IMG/VR virus record: IMGVR_UViG_3300025005_000002
Span: 1-64,000 of that record
Length of the DNA stretch: 64,000 nt
Origin: a virus
Reading direction: 5' to 3' (one strand)
Shown: piece by piece, positions 1-10,664 of the stretch
Layout of the letters: every line of letters starts with the position of its first letter
Position numbering within the stretch: position 1 is the stretch's first letter
Notes under the pieces: generated by a model
Told to the model about the DNA's origin: nothing
Seen by the model: the letters and a program-made list of their open reading frames with translations, nothing else
The model's database searches: none
Program-made: the position numbers and the translations under genes

Positions 1-32
1 GTATTGTCGTTCCGCATAAGGTCGATAGAGCT

Positions 33-956
33 ATGTTATACAATCAGTGGACTGGGGCAGATAAAGAAGTAACATTAGAGTTTTTAGATAAAAAACATGG
101 GCAATTTGATTATCGTGAATGGCTCAAGTCAGCACAGGCAACACAAGATCTTCATAATAAAGCGTCATCCAAACAAGATATTGTAACTATCAAAATTAAT
201 ACAAGTAAACCAATTTGTGTTGTGTTTAGTGCTGATTGGCATTTAGGGTCAGTTAGTTGCGATTATAAACAGTTTTTAAAAAATATAGATTTCATGCTTA
301 ATACTGATGGTATTTATATGGGTGTAGTCGGGGACACAATTGATAATTTTTATTTATTTAATAATGTCATGGCTATATTGCAACAGGTTATCCCTCCTCC
401 AAAACAACGTCGTTTATTGAGTGAGATTTTAAATGCGTTAATAGCAAAAAATAAATTGTTGTTTGTGTCATATGGGAATCACGAAATTCGTGATGAAAAA
501 TGGATTGGAGATAACTTGGTCTCTAGGTTGATAGAGGATAAAGTCCCATATTTTAGTAGTAAGGCCATAATTAAACTTATGGTTGGAGAACAGATGTATA
601 CAATTTTAGCAATGCACCAGACTGGGAGAAATTCAAAGATTAATGCATTACATGGTGTTAAACAAGAATATTTAAATTATTTTCCAGCAGACATAGTTGT
701 AACTGGCCACCATCATATACCTGCCATTGAGAGCTATATGCATTTTGGAGCGGCACAGAGAGCAGGGATGAATTATGGTGGTATATCATGGTTGGTAAAA
801 ACAGGCACATATAATGCGGATGATGGGTTTAGTAAAAGATATTATGACAATGGGGTAATATGTGATCCATGTTTTGTATTATCGCCAGGGATTAAAAAAA
901 TGGTACCATTTATGAATGTAGAAGATGCTGTGGCATTTATGGGGGTGGTAAGTTAG
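33..956 (+). CDS. Calcineurin-like metallophosphoesterase
   Basis: Motifs DWH (SADWHLG), GDxxD (VGDTIDN), GNHE, H (AMHQ) and GHxH (TGHHH) in the canonical order. Confidence 0.85.
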   Translation: MLYNQWTGADKEVTLEFLDKKHGQFDYREWLKSAQATQDLHNKASSKQDIVTIKINTSKPICVVFSADWHLGSVSCDYKQFLKNIDFMLNTDGIYMGVVGDTIDNFYLFNNVMAILQQVIPPPKQRRLLSEILNALIAKNKLLFVSYGNHEIRDEKWIGDNLVSRLIEDKVPYFSSKAIIKLMVGEQMYTILAMHQTGRNSKINALHGVKQEYLNYFPADIVVTGHHHIPAIESYMHFGAAQRAGMNYGGISWLVKTGTYNADDGFSKRYYDNGVICDPCFVLSPGIKKMVPFMNVEDAVAFMGVVS

Positions 957-999
957 CCGTTATTATTTTAGGTAAATTTATTAGTTATGGGAGAAGATT

Positions 1000-1233
1000 A
1001 TGGGTAGGATTATTAAATTCCCGACTATTACCTGTAGTGACTTTATTAAGGAAGAGCTTTTACAAACACTAGATGAGCATAAAAAAATAGATACAGGTGT
1101 GTTGCTTTTACAGAGCGGGGAAGATATCTCGATATTTATAAGTAAATATACGGTAGAGTTGGTTGGGGCACTAGAGATATTAAAGGCTAAAATAATGGCA
1201 GAAATATTAGTAGAAGAAGACGAGGATGAATAG
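1000..1233 (+). CDS. Hypothetical small acidic protein
   Basis: 77-aa ORF with GGAG RBS and acidic C-terminus. Confidence 0.6.
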   Translation: MGRIIKFPTITCSDFIKEELLQTLDEHKKIDTGVLLLQSGEDISIFISKYTVELVGALEILKAKIMAEILVEEDEDE

Positions 1234-1250
1234 GGTGTGGGGGGTATCTA

Positions 1251-2012
1251 ATGGATATATTTTTTAGTATTTTTATTGATGACATAGATACTGTGATGCA
1301 GACATATAATTGTATCCGTGTTTATAAGGCATCATCCAAATATGGTACATATACCGAATTAACAGATGCTGGTACACGGCCAGCATTAGTGGCTGGTGTT
1401 TCTACTTATACATATCATGACGTCAGTGGTAGTGCATCAGATTGGTATAAGTCTACATATTATAATGCCACGGGTCCAGTTGAAAGTATGCCAAGTGATG
1501 CTAGGAATTTTGGTACTTGGGGTATACTTGCTGATGCACTTGCTCGTCGGTTGATGTCGGAGGGTAATAATTTATCACTTGGTCAATTGTATGATTCAAT
1601 TTTTGATGCATCGTGTGAATTAATCCCTATTCCAGATGATATTACAACTATGTATGATATAGAACTTTCATGGGTGGTACGTAGATCAGTGCGACATGCT
1701 TTAGCAATCCTTATGAATGATTATATAGCTAAACCAAATGTATCTAAGGGTAGTGTTGGGGTGTCCTTGGGGTCATCTGCCCAGCAGCTAATGAGTAGGG
1801 TTAAGCAGTTGGATGATGAATGGTATACAGCTAAACAAAATAGGGAATTCTTGATATGGAATGGGCATATCCAACAGGTGCAAGATTCTGATAAGCATTA
1901 CACAGAGATGGTTGAAGGTGGGTACCGGATTGACCCTTATTCGGGGTATGACCACACCGATTATCAGACTGCTGTTGATGATGCATTTGATAGAGTGTGG
2001 AGATGGTCTTGA
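1251..2012 (+). CDS. Putative virion head-tail adaptor/neck protein
   Basis: Position at the start of the neck-tail gene run; helical C-terminal half; function inferred from synteny only. Confidence 0.4.
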   Translation: MDIFFSIFIDDIDTVMQTYNCIRVYKASSKYGTYTELTDAGTRPALVAGVSTYTYHDVSGSASDWYKSTYYNATGPVESMPSDARNFGTWGILADALARRLMSEGNNLSLGQLYDSIFDASCELIPIPDDITTMYDIELSWVVRRSVRHALAILMNDYIAKPNVSKGSVGVSLGSSAQQLMSRVKQLDDEWYTAKQNREFLIWNGHIQQVQDSDKHYTEMVEGGYRIDPYSGYDHTDYQTAVDDAFDRVWRWS

Positions 2013-2124
2013 TTTCACATTCAATCGATACTAATAGTGGTGATAATTTTTATATAGATGTAAAGTATGGTGGTAGACGATGTAGACTATGTCAAAATAT
2101 ATATTCTAAACGGCGTCATAATAA

Positions 2125-2514
2125 ATGGGGATAATCTGGCTTCAGACAAAAACTGGGCAATTGGTACACCTCCCGGTAGTTGGGAAAGATATCAATACAC
2201 CAGAAAATACTATAAAGATTCCTACTTCTATAGTGAGTAAGGATATATTAATTCAGCATTTAGAAACAGCTGAGGTACATATCCCAGGTAAAGGATTAAT
2301 TACTTTAGATTTTAGAGCTCCAGGAAGGACAGGATCGTGCAATCGTTGTGGCCAATGTTGTAAGGATTGTCAGTATGCAGTATTTGGGGAAACGGTGGAA
2401 TGTTCTATAAGAGCAGATATTCTTGATATAGCAAAGGGATGTGTATTATTTCCTAGTCAAGCAAGTGATATAGAGAATTATCCAGATTGTGGATTTAAAT
2501 TTGATATGGGGTAA
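2125..2514 (+). CDS. Cys-cluster protein (CxxCxxCC, YkgJ-like metal-binding)
   Basis: SCNRCGQCCKDC...C...GCVLFP...CGF. Confidence 0.5.
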   Translation: MGIIWLQTKTGQLVHLPVVGKDINTPENTIKIPTSIVSKDILIQHLETAEVHIPGKGLITLDFRAPGRTGSCNRCGQCCKDCQYAVFGETVECSIRADILDIAKGCVLFPSQASDIENYPDCGFKFDMG

Positions 2515-2517
2515 TCA

Positions 2518-3150
2518 TTGACTTTTTCAACCAGTATAAAAAATAATATCCGGGCATCATTTGAGGCCCAAATGCTGTATGGGCGTGCCATATCAAATGA
2601 TCCATATATTCATTTATGTAGGTATAGTATTTCAGGTGGTACTGGTGATGCTGCGTTAGGGACTGAGGGTACACAGGTAGATGAGAGTCAGTATTTTATT
2701 GAAGCAGATATAGATATGCCAAAGATTACTGAAACAGCTTTAAAGTTTGAGACTAGTGTTGTTGGTGCAAACCAGACCATATTTTATATACCAAGTACGC
2801 CAGTATATTATACAGATTATATTGAATATGGTCCAGAGATGCGTACCAATGCTCATTTATATGATACAGTGTTAAAATGTGAGACTGCTAGATTTCAGTC
2901 TAATGGAGTAAAGGTCGGTGATACCATTAAGATATTTGATAAGCCAATAACTGGTGGGGTATATTCATTAGAATACACTGATTTAGTAGAATCCATAGAT
3001 ACTGAGACTCAGATTACATTATCTGCTGGTGTTGGTGTTACAGGGGTTACTAGAGCATATAGTGTGAGAACATATAGGTATGATATAACTGCCATATTAC
3101 CAGATGATGAATATAATTATGTCATGATAAATACTGAAAGGGTTGTCTAG
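2518..3150 (+). CDS. Putative head-closure/neck protein
   Basis: Synteny upstream of the gp10-like and terminator genes; beta-rich, ends YDITAILPD...INTERVV. Confidence 0.4.
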   Translation: MTFSTSIKNNIRASFEAQMLYGRAISNDPYIHLCRYSISGGTGDAALGTEGTQVDESQYFIEADIDMPKITETALKFETSVVGANQTIFYIPSTPVYYTDYIEYGPEMRTNAHLYDTVLKCETARFQSNGVKVGDTIKIFDKPITGGVYSLEYTDLVESIDTETQITLSAGVGVTGVTRAYSVRTYRYDITAILPDDEYNYVMINTERVV

Positions 3151-3155
3151 GGTTT

Positions 3156-3647
3156 ATGACAGAAATAATATTTGATAAAAATCATAATATGAAGAAATGG
3201 CTTGAGCGTTTTAAGCGTATGGAGGCTCAAACCATTGATAAGATTAAGGCCCCAGTTACAGAAACATATTTAGATGCCATAGAAAATACTATTAAGAATA
3301 CACCTGCTACAAGTGGGGAGACTAGGGCTGGGTGGGCCAAACCATTAGAAGTAGAAGGTAGAAGTTTGGCAACAGTAATATCACCGGAAGCCAATATATT
3401 ATCTAAGAGGGATGTACACCCTAAACAAAGTGTTTTAGACAAAGGTATGGAGCATTCTATTTATAGAAAGGAGATAGATCAGACATCAATAAACTTAGAG
3501 GTTATTAATGGTACTCCAGGTTCGATTGCTACAGAGTACGGGGATAGTAGGACACCTCCTACAGCTGCAGTCCGTCAGGCTGCTATGACTCTTGTGGAGG
3601 ATTTAAAGGAAGTAGTTGGGATTACCTTAAAAGAGGTAAGCAAATAA
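3156..3647 (+). CDS. HK97 gp10-like tail completion protein
   Basis: TPATSGETRAGW...ATEYGDSR pattern resembles the gp10 TPVxTGxLRxSW...VEYGT motif; synteny. Confidence 0.55.
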   Translation: MTEIIFDKNHNMKKWLERFKRMEAQTIDKIKAPVTETYLDAIENTIKNTPATSGETRAGWAKPLEVEGRSLATVISPEANILSKRDVHPKQSVLDKGMEHSIYRKEIDQTSINLEVINGTPGSIATEYGDSRTPPTAAVRQAAMTLVEDLKEVVGITLKEVSK

Positions 3648-3650
3648 GCC

Positions 3651-4097
3651 ATGCATCCATCTAGACTTAATCGTAACATTAGGGGTAGTTTTAATAAATA
3701 TCTTAAAGAAACATTTCCCAATATTGTATTTAATTTTGGTGAGGCCGAATTTGATACGGTGAACCTTACCAAATGGGTTCAAGTAGATTATTTAAGTAGA
3801 ACGCTTAACGTCAAACCATTACTAATAGTCCAACTTTCAATGTTCGCCAAGGATGATCGTTATGGTACCAAGGTCGAGGAGATTTGCGACCAGGTTATGG
3901 ACCAGTTGTATGGGGACACTGGTAGCAATGATCTTAGAGCCATACCGATAAAGGACTGGTTTGAAACTATGGGGAGTGAGCCCACAAAGATTGGAGCAGT
4001 TTTAGTGAATCCACGGCAGGCAAACAAACCAGTATTAGATCGGTATGGGGTGACCAGTATAAGTGTTACAGTAGAACTTAGGCAGACTAGGAAGTGA
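3651..4097 (+). CDS. Putative tail terminator protein
   Basis: 148 aa directly before the tail tube; W-V-x-V and QLSMF beta pattern. Confidence 0.5.
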   Translation: MHPSRLNRNIRGSFNKYLKETFPNIVFNFGEAEFDTVNLTKWVQVDYLSRTLNVKPLLIVQLSMFAKDDRYGTKVEEICDQVMDQLYGDTGSNDLRAIPIKDWFETMGSEPTKIGAVLVNPRQANKPVLDRYGVTSISVTVELRQTRK

Positions 4098-4163
4098 TTC
4101 ACAGGTATTGGTGGAAACACGTTTAACAAAAATCTTAGGAAGTAACAAGAGGAGGAATTAGAT

Positions 4164-4751
4164 ATGTACGGAACCAATCCAAATCAGTTGACAATCGGCG
4201 TCATGAACCTTTATTTCAAGCGAGATGCAGACACCAAGTATTATGATATTGGGTCTATTCGTGATTCTTCATTTGCTTATGGTACTGAGGTTAAGGAGCA
4301 TGCATCGGTATTGCCATCATCTACCATTATGGCACGGGATAAGGTTGTTGTTATTTCTAAGGCTGCTTCCGTCCGTGGTACTGCTGAGCAACTAAATGCA
4401 CAGAATCTTGCATTGATCATGGGTGGTGCCACAGTCACTGGTGATCAGGTAGGTATTACTGGTACTACAAACGTTTCTGGTGGTCATGTACCACTAGGTG
4501 AAACGACTTCTGTTGAGGAAGTTGAAGTTGTTGGGGTCCACCGGTTCCCAGATGGGTATTATTTAAATCTCAGGTTCTGGAGATGTAATGCGGCTGGTGC
4601 ATTTGAGCTTCCATTTAACCAGAGTGATTGGGTAGGATATCCAATTGAGCTTAAGGCTCTAGCGGATTATACTGATCATACTACGGAGCCATTTGGTTAT
4701 ATTGACATCTCAAATACGCCATTGATTACTGGTAGTGGGATGATTTATTAA
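4164..4751 (+). CDS. Major tail (tube) protein
   Basis: 195 aa, AGAFELPFNQSDWVGYPIELKALAD tube-like motif, strong RBS, followed by a terminator, chaperones and TMP. Confidence 0.75.
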   Translation: MYGTNPNQLTIGVMNLYFKRDADTKYYDIGSIRDSSFAYGTEVKEHASVLPSSTIMARDKVVVISKAASVRGTAEQLNAQNLALIMGGATVTGDQVGITGTTNVSGGHVPLGETTSVEEVEVVGVHRFPDGYYLNLRFWRCNAAGAFELPFNQSDWVGYPIELKALADYTDHTTEPFGYIDISNTPLITGSGMIY

Positions 4752-4763
4752 TTAACGTAAATA

Positions 4764-4806
4764 TTGGCCGGGAGTGGGGTAATACCCGCTTCCGGCCAAA
4801 TTTTTA
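4764..4806 (+). terminator. Rho-independent terminator after the tail tube gene
   Basis: Stem ttggccgggagtggg / cccgcttccggccaa, loop gtaata, followed by atttttt-like tract. Confidence 0.8.
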
Positions 4807-4821
4807 TCGAGGGAGGATTAT

Positions 4822-5280
4822 ATGGCAGTAGAAACACGCACAGAAATGGATATTCTTAATCCTGAACTTATTTATGTTGAGATTGGTAGATCTGGGGAGA
4901 TTAAAAAGATCCAAGTAAAGGAATTAGTATTACGGCAATATACTCAGCTGTTTAAGGTTTTTAGTCGTATTTTGTCAAATATTGTTTCTAGTGGTGAATT
5001 GGATTTTACTAATATGGAGTCTATTGGGAAGTGGACAAGTTGGTTACCAAAAATTGTGAATTACGCTGGCGATGATGTTAATGAGTTGGTTAGGGTTGCT
5101 TTAGAGATAGATGAATCAGATGCAGGCAATATTACTGGTAAGCAGTTACCAGTGGTTTTAACAAAGATAATTGAGGTTAATGGATTGGAGCAAATTATCG
5201 TGGGTTTTCGGAGGCTCTCCGCGATAGTAGTCGCGGAGATAATGAAGCAAAGAGTAAAAGAGGGCAAGAAGACGGAATAA
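4822..5280 (+). CDS. Tail assembly chaperone (lambda gpG analogue)
   Basis: Between tube and TMP; contains an in-phase slippery heptamer. Confidence 0.75.
   Translation: MAVETRTEMDILNPELIYVEIGRSGEIKKIQVKELVLRQYTQLFKVFSRILSNIVSSGELDFTNMESIGKWTSWLPKIVNYAGDDVNELVRVALEIDESDAGNITGKQLPVVLTKIIEVNGLEQIIVGFRRLSAIVVAEIMKQRVKEGKKTE
5202..5238 (+). other. Programmed -1 ribosomal frameshift signal
   Basis: G GGT TTT at 5202-5208 in phase; 8-bp hairpin ctccgcga/tcgcggag at 5217-5238; -1 frame open into the ATG at 5283. Confidence 0.75.
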
Positions 5281-5282
5281 GC

Positions 5283-5615
5283 ATGGGGCAAATGTTTGAA
5301 TATTTTGCAGCAGAATATGGATGGACACATAATTATATACTTGACCATTTAACACCTTCACAATTTAAATTATACTCAGAATTATTATTATGTAGGCTAG
5401 ATGATTTAAAGATAGAGCGTCAAGAGCTGGCAACTATTCAGGCTGGTGGCGATCTAAAAGAATTTCATAATAAGCGCAAACCACTTAGAAATTTGATAAA
5501 AAATAAGAAAGATAAAGAGGAAGACAAGGTAGTAAATGATGGTATACCAAGTGACATTGCTAAAAAATGGTTGTCAAAAATGGGGTCTAAAATAAGTGGA
5601 AAGATGGTTATATGA
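5283..5615 (+). CDS. Tail assembly chaperone, C-terminal part of the GT-like frameshift product
   Basis: In the -1 frame of the upstream gene; FAAEYGWTHNYILDHLT resembles gpT-type helical domains; precedes TMP. Confidence 0.7.
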   Translation: MGQMFEYFAAEYGWTHNYILDHLTPSQFKLYSELLLCRLDDLKIERQELATIQAGGDLKEFHNKRKPLRNLIKNKKDKEEDKVVNDGIPSDIAKKWLSKMGSKISGKMVI

Positions 5616-5638
5616 TTATGGCTGGAGGATGAGATTTA

Positions 5639-8600
5639 ATGAGTGATTTTGCAGGGGGACAAGGTAATGTAGAGTTTAAAGAAAGTATAGGGCTACAATT
5701 AGTCGTTAAGTTTGATCAGTGGCTCGCAGGTTTACAGCAATCAGAAAAGGCAATGAATGAGTTTGGTGCTGACGTTGTAAAGTTTACCAATGGTATGACT
5801 TCTGGTTTTATAGCAGCCCAGACTAAATTAGAAAAATCTGCAAGTAAAATTACTGGTATGTTTAAGGCGGTTCGTAATGAATTAGCCAAGACTACTGCTG
5901 TGTGGGGTACTGCCTCATTAGCCATGGCACAACATGCAGCTACCATTGAGCGTAGCATGTTTGCGTTGGAGAAAGCTGCTCAGGGTAGTGGTAGAAGTTT
6001 TTCTGGACAATTACAGCTTATAGAGGATAGTATTGGTGGTGTAGCATCTAGGGCTGATCTGCTTGCTTCATCTGTTAGTATGATGACTACAGCACTCGAT
6101 CCAAATCAAATGAAACAATTTGTAGACGTGGTAAAAGATACATCTGCAGCATTAGGTACAGATTTTTCTGCCAATATTGAACATGCAGTAGCTTCATTAA
6201 AAACTATGGATATAAGGCTCCTTGCTAATATGGGTATTATGGTAGACCAGCAAGAAGTCATAAAGAAGATGGCTATAAAGTTTCCAGGTGCAGATCCTGA
6301 GACGTTGTCATTACAACAAAAACAAGCTGCGTTACTGGATGTTATAATAGACAAGACTAGATTATTTGCTGGGGCAAATAAAGAAATCAGTGAAAAGGGA
6401 TTGATGGCATGGGCAGAATTTAAGGAAAATTTGAAGGATATATCAATTGCCATTGGAAAGATGTTCATACCAGCATGGAATGAAGTTGCTAAAGTACTTG
6501 CCTATGTTACCAAGGGTATAAAGAATTTTTTTGAGAATGAATCAGTACAGAAATTTGGGGCTACGGTAGCCAAAATAGTTGTCCCAGCTATGATGTTGTT
6601 ATTAACAGCCTTCACAGCATTGGTACCGATAGTTGGTATTTTATTAAAGATAATGACAGTTGCTCCATTTGTAGCATTAACTATGGCGGTAGTTCAATTT
6701 ACTAAGGTACTTGTAGGTACTGGGTCCGTTACACAGGCAATGTCGGCATTTGGTGGCGCTTTAAAAAAGATGCCAGATCCAATAAGTTTGGTATGGAATG
6801 GATTAAAGGTATTGAAGGCTATGTATGGTGAAGTTGGTAAGGAAATGACTAGGATGGCTACTGCTGGTGAGGCTTCAGGCAAAACATTCACCAATATGTT
6901 TGTGGCTATCAAAAATATATGGCCACAATTAAAAGCAATGTTTTTGGCTTCTAAAACTGCAACTGATGTAAAGAATATCACTGGGGTACCAATAATGGCT
7001 GATGTTGGGAAGGATGCCATTGCGAAAGCTAAAGAAATAATTGGACCAATAAAAGGATTCCGTGAACAAGTATCATCATTTGGTGTGGCGATAAAATCGG
7101 TATTTAGTAGCTTGGCTGCAGGGGCTGCTGGTGGTATAGATAACGTTAGAAAAATGGGTGCTGCCTTGATGTTGGCATTTGGTAAGGGTACTATCAATAT
7201 GTTAGCTGCGTTCAGGAATGGATTCCTTTCTGTAGTAGCGGCAATAAGGATCGGTACTGTTGCTATGGCTTCATTGGCCCGTATTATCTTAAAAGTTGCA
7301 TTGCCACTGGTAGTATTTACTTTAGCAATAGAGGGTGTGTTTAAGGCTATTAATATGTTAAAAGAGGCATACATACGTCATAAACATGGTAGTGCAGCAT
7401 TACGTGATGAGGTTGAAGCTTTAAAAAAAGAGTATGAGTCATTAGCCAAGGCAATGAACAAAGCAAAACCCAAAGAACAAAAAGCTACTAGGCAAGACAT
7501 ATATAATTATGCTGAGAGGGAGAATAAAGCTGGTAAGAATTTGACTGATGAGTGGCTTAAGAATACTAAAGTTGAAGAAGCACAGACTAAAGCTGGACGA
7601 AATAATATCCGTGCAGTAGTCGATCAGAAACGTGCCATGATAGATCTGCGTAATAGTGTCTCTGATTTATCTGTTGAGTATGAAAAATTAGCTACTAATT
7701 ATGGAGAAATAGCATTAAAGGCTAATAGTTCATATATGAAAGTTAAAACATTTATAGAGGGGCTTAAAATTCAAGAGAATATGTATGAATCAATTTTAAG
7801 TAAAGCGTCACGTATGAATGATAAGGATTTACAGCAGTATATTGCCAAGATTGAATCAGAAAGGAAACTTAGGGTTGATGAGTATGTAGCAAGTGCGCAA
7901 AAACTCAATCCTGGTATATCAGATAAGGAAATAGAGGATGCTAAGAAACAGGCTAATAAATTCGTTGATGATCAGATTGCTATGTATAAGGACCCAAAAT
8001 TAGCTACAGCTAGGTTACAGTTTGTTCGTAAGGGTCAAAGTGCACTCCGTGATTTTATGAAATCTGATGATTTTACGGCTGAATTAATTGCGCAGATAAA
8101 GATTGGTGAGGGTAAGATTAAAAATCTAGAGAGTGAAATGTTAGCTGACAAAGAAGGTATAAATCGTGACGCACGGGAAAAAGAGATTGAGGGTATTAAG
8201 ACAGTTAATGCACAGAAATTGGCATTGGTAGAAGAGAATATATCTGCTGAATTAAATGCCTATAAAGGGTATAGGGATCAATTGGTTTCTTTGTTTGAGG
8301 CTGAGCAATTTAATAAATTATTTTTAAAACTTACGAATAGTGTAAAGACTTTTTCTATACAGGTACAAAATGTTAAACCAGGTAATATGGTTAAAGTAAC
8401 TGATGCCATTAAAACTGCAATTACTCCAATGGACAATATGGCAAAGGCTACAGTAAAGACTGCTAGAGAATTAAAGGGTGCTGCCTTTGCAGTGGATATG
8501 ATGGCAGATGCGATGGGTAGGCAGATGGAGTATGGTGAGGGTATGATTGATATTTTGGGCCTGGCTGGTAAGTCATACGACTACCTATATAATAAGGCAT

Positions 8601-10663
8601 ATAATTTCGGTAAAGTAGTAGCTGGGTTGGTTGCTTCTGGAGTTGGCAAATTATCAACTGAGCTTAGTAAGACACAAGATGATTTTAAGGGTATAGGTGA
8701 TAGTGTATCAAATATAAAAACTGGTAAGATGAAAGATTTAATAATTACTACTGGAGAACTTGGTGATAAGGTAAAGAGTACTGGTATTAATGTTGATGAA
8801 TTTAAAGCTATGTTAAAGGAATTTGGTGATACTGCCGGTACTACAGATGAAGAATTTAAAAAACTTGAATCATCAATGGGTGCCCTACAACAGCGTACTG
8901 TTTCTATGAAGTTTGGTGGTGAGGGATTGAAGTTGGTTGGTGATACTATTGAAGAGCTGGATGCTAAGTTAAATAAAATAAGTTTTGATAAGGCTAGGTT
9001 TGAGTTTGCAACGCTTCAGGTTATTACAGATAGAACGTTTCTTAGCATAGGTAAGAGTCTGGAGAAGATTAAGGCATTTAGTGAAACTAGTGAAGCAGCT
9101 AAGACTATGATGACTGAATTGATGACCAACATTAATGAAGAAGTTACGAAATGGAATGCTCAATTTGTTAATTCTAGTAGGGAATTAATTAATAATCAGA
9201 AGCAAGTACTTAGTGCACAGCGACAAAATGTAAATGAGATGGCAAATTTTGCAGTACAGTTGGCAGATGCGGCTCGAGCTATAGAGGTTGCAAATCAAAA
9301 TATTACTTCTATTAAACGTGCTTTTGCTGAACAAGCAGATCCAGTAATTGAGGCACAAAAGGCTGTGCTTGAATTACAGGCACAAGAGAAGCAAGCGATT
9401 GGTGATGTGGTTGGATTCCACATGTTAAGGATCGAATTATTAAAGAAAGAGTTAGAATCGCAACAGAAATTGGCTGTTGAAGCTAAAAAGACAGCACAGA
9501 CTCAGAAATTAACTGCGGCGGATCGTTTGTCTGCCCTGCAGAGAGAACAGCAAGCACGTTTGAATTCTGCTAGGGTTGGTTCTGAATTACAACGTATGGA
9601 TCAAAGGTTAGGTGGGAATCCAGAGACTGAATTAAATCAGGCTGAAAAAATTGGGGAAGAGATTAAAAAAGTACAAGAGGAAATGTTTAAGGCTAATATG
9701 GCAGTTGCGGAACTACAGAAGAGAATCGCAGAATTAGATATGGCTCGTATTAAAGAAGAACAAACGTTGGCACAAAAGAAATATGAAATGGATATGAATT
9801 TGATTGGGGAACAACGTGGGCAGCTTGTAATACAACAGAATATTTCTAAGGCACAGTTAGATGCGGCGCAGCAGACTGCACTAGCATTGTCTACAAAAGT
9901 ATATGGTGAAAATGACCCAAGGACTCAGGCTATGAAGGAAGGATTTGCTGAGGCCAATAAAAAGATTATAGGATCTTCAGAAGAATCTAAAGCTATCAAG
10001 CAAGATTTCCTAAAGAGTGCTGGTGTACAGGAAAAGAGTATGAGTGAAATGACTAAAGGTATAAGTGAGTCTAATGCAGTTTTATCGCAGATACAGGGGC
10101 TTATGACTAGTGCTAAATCAGATATAGGTGGATTGCAGAGTGGGATTACTAAAGCATTTGAAGTAAACATTGATAAATATTCAGAAACCATGGCACGTAT
10201 TCTGGCTGAGGAAATGGTTAAAAAAGAACAGAAGTTATCTGGTACATTAGAGAAAGCACCAAAAGATAATATGATTGCAGCTGATACTGCTGCTAAAGAT
10301 GCAATAGAAAAAGCTTCGATAAATTGGTCAACCATATCACAGAATATGTTAAATCAGAATACTATATCATCAAATCTAAATAAGGAATTGATTGGGAAGA
10401 TCGAGGGATTCCAACAGAAAGTGGTAGATGCTACAATTAACTTAACAACTGGTATTGGTACTTCAATGAGTTCAGTGGTTGATGCTATGCGGCAATGGAA
10501 AGATAAACCAGTTCAATTGTCTATTAATGTTACTAGTACTGGGAAAGATAAAGACAATACTGTTGATATATTATTAAATGATAAGAGTTGGAAGACTACC
10601 ACAAATAAACAGGAGACATTGGGGATCACATTTGGTGACTTAGGATGGACACCAGGGGGATAA
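5639..10663 (+). CDS. Tail tape measure protein
   Basis: 1674 aa, helical/coiled-coil, Ala/Lys rich with a central hydrophobic region; follows the chaperones. Confidence 0.9.
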   Translation: MSDFAGGQGNVEFKESIGLQLVVKFDQWLAGLQQSEKAMNEFGADVVKFTNGMTSGFIAAQTKLEKSASKITGMFKAVRNELAKTTAVWGTASLAMAQHAATIERSMFALEKAAQGSGRSFSGQLQLIEDSIGGVASRADLLASSVSMMTTALDPNQMKQFVDVVKDTSAALGTDFSANIEHAVASLKTMDIRLLANMGIMVDQQEVIKKMAIKFPGADPETLSLQQKQAALLDVIIDKTRLFAGANKEISEKGLMAWAEFKENLKDISIAIGKMFIPAWNEVAKVLAYVTKGIKNFFENESVQKFGATVAKIVVPAMMLLLTAFTALVPIVGILLKIMTVAPFVALTMAVVQFTKVLVGTGSVTQAMSAFGGALKKMPDPISLVWNGLKVLKAMYGEVGKEMTRMATAGEASGKTFTNMFVAIKNIWPQLKAMFLASKTATDVKNITGVPIMADVGKDAIAKAKEIIGPIKGFREQVSSFGVAIKSVFSSLAAGAAGGIDNVRKMGAALMLAFGKGTINMLAAFRNGFLSVVAAIRIGTVAMASLARIILKVALPLVVFTLAIEGVFKAINMLKEAYIRHKHGSAALRDEVEALKKEYESLAKAMNKAKPKEQKATRQDIYNYAERENKAGKNLTDEWLKNTKVEEAQTKAGRNNIRAVVDQKRAMIDLRNSVSDLSVEYEKLATNYGEIALKANSSYMKVKTFIEGLKIQENMYESILSKASRMNDKDLQQYIAKIESERKLRVDEYVASAQKLNPGISDKEIEDAKKQANKFVDDQIAMYKDPKLATARLQFVRKGQSALRDFMKSDDFTAELIAQIKIGEGKIKNLESEMLADKEGINRDAREKEIEGIKTVNAQKLALVEENISAELNAYKGYRDQLVSLFEAEQFNKLFLKLTNSVKTFSIQVQNVKPGNMVKVTDAIKTAITPMDNMAKATVKTARELKGAAFAVDMMADAMGRQMEYGEGMIDILGLAGKSYDYLYNKAYNFGKVVAGLVASGVGKLSTELSKTQDDFKGIGDSVSNIKTGKMKDLIITTGELGDKVKSTGINVDEFKAMLKEFGDTAGTTDEEFKKLESSMGALQQRTVSMKFGGEGLKLVGDTIEELDAKLNKISFDKARFEFATLQVITDRTFLSIGKSLEKIKAFSETSEAAKTMMTELMTNINEEVTKWNAQFVNSSRELINNQKQVLSAQRQNVNEMANFAVQLADAARAIEVANQNITSIKRAFAEQADPVIEAQKAVLELQAQEKQAIGDVVGFHMLRIELLKKELESQQKLAVEAKKTAQTQKLTAADRLSALQREQQARLNSARVGSELQRMDQRLGGNPETELNQAEKIGEEIKKVQEEMFKANMAVAELQKRIAELDMARIKEEQTLAQKKYEMDMNLIGEQRGQLVIQQNISKAQLDAAQQTALALSTKVYGENDPRTQAMKEGFAEANKKIIGSSEESKAIKQDFLKSAGVQEKSMSEMTKGISESNAVLSQIQGLMTSAKSDIGGLQSGITKAFEVNIDKYSETMARILAEEMVKKEQKLSGTLEKAPKDNMIAADTAAKDAIEKASINWSTISQNMLNQNTISSNLNKELIGKIEGFQQKVVDATINLTTGIGTSMSSVVDAMRQWKDKPVQLSINVTSTGKDKDNTVDILLNDKSWKTTTNKQETLGITFGDLGWTPGG

Positions 10664-10664
10664 G

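Noticed and set aside
3651-4751. Contractile (myovirus) tail
   Set aside because: No sheath-sized gene between terminator and tube, and no recognisable baseplate wedge J gene
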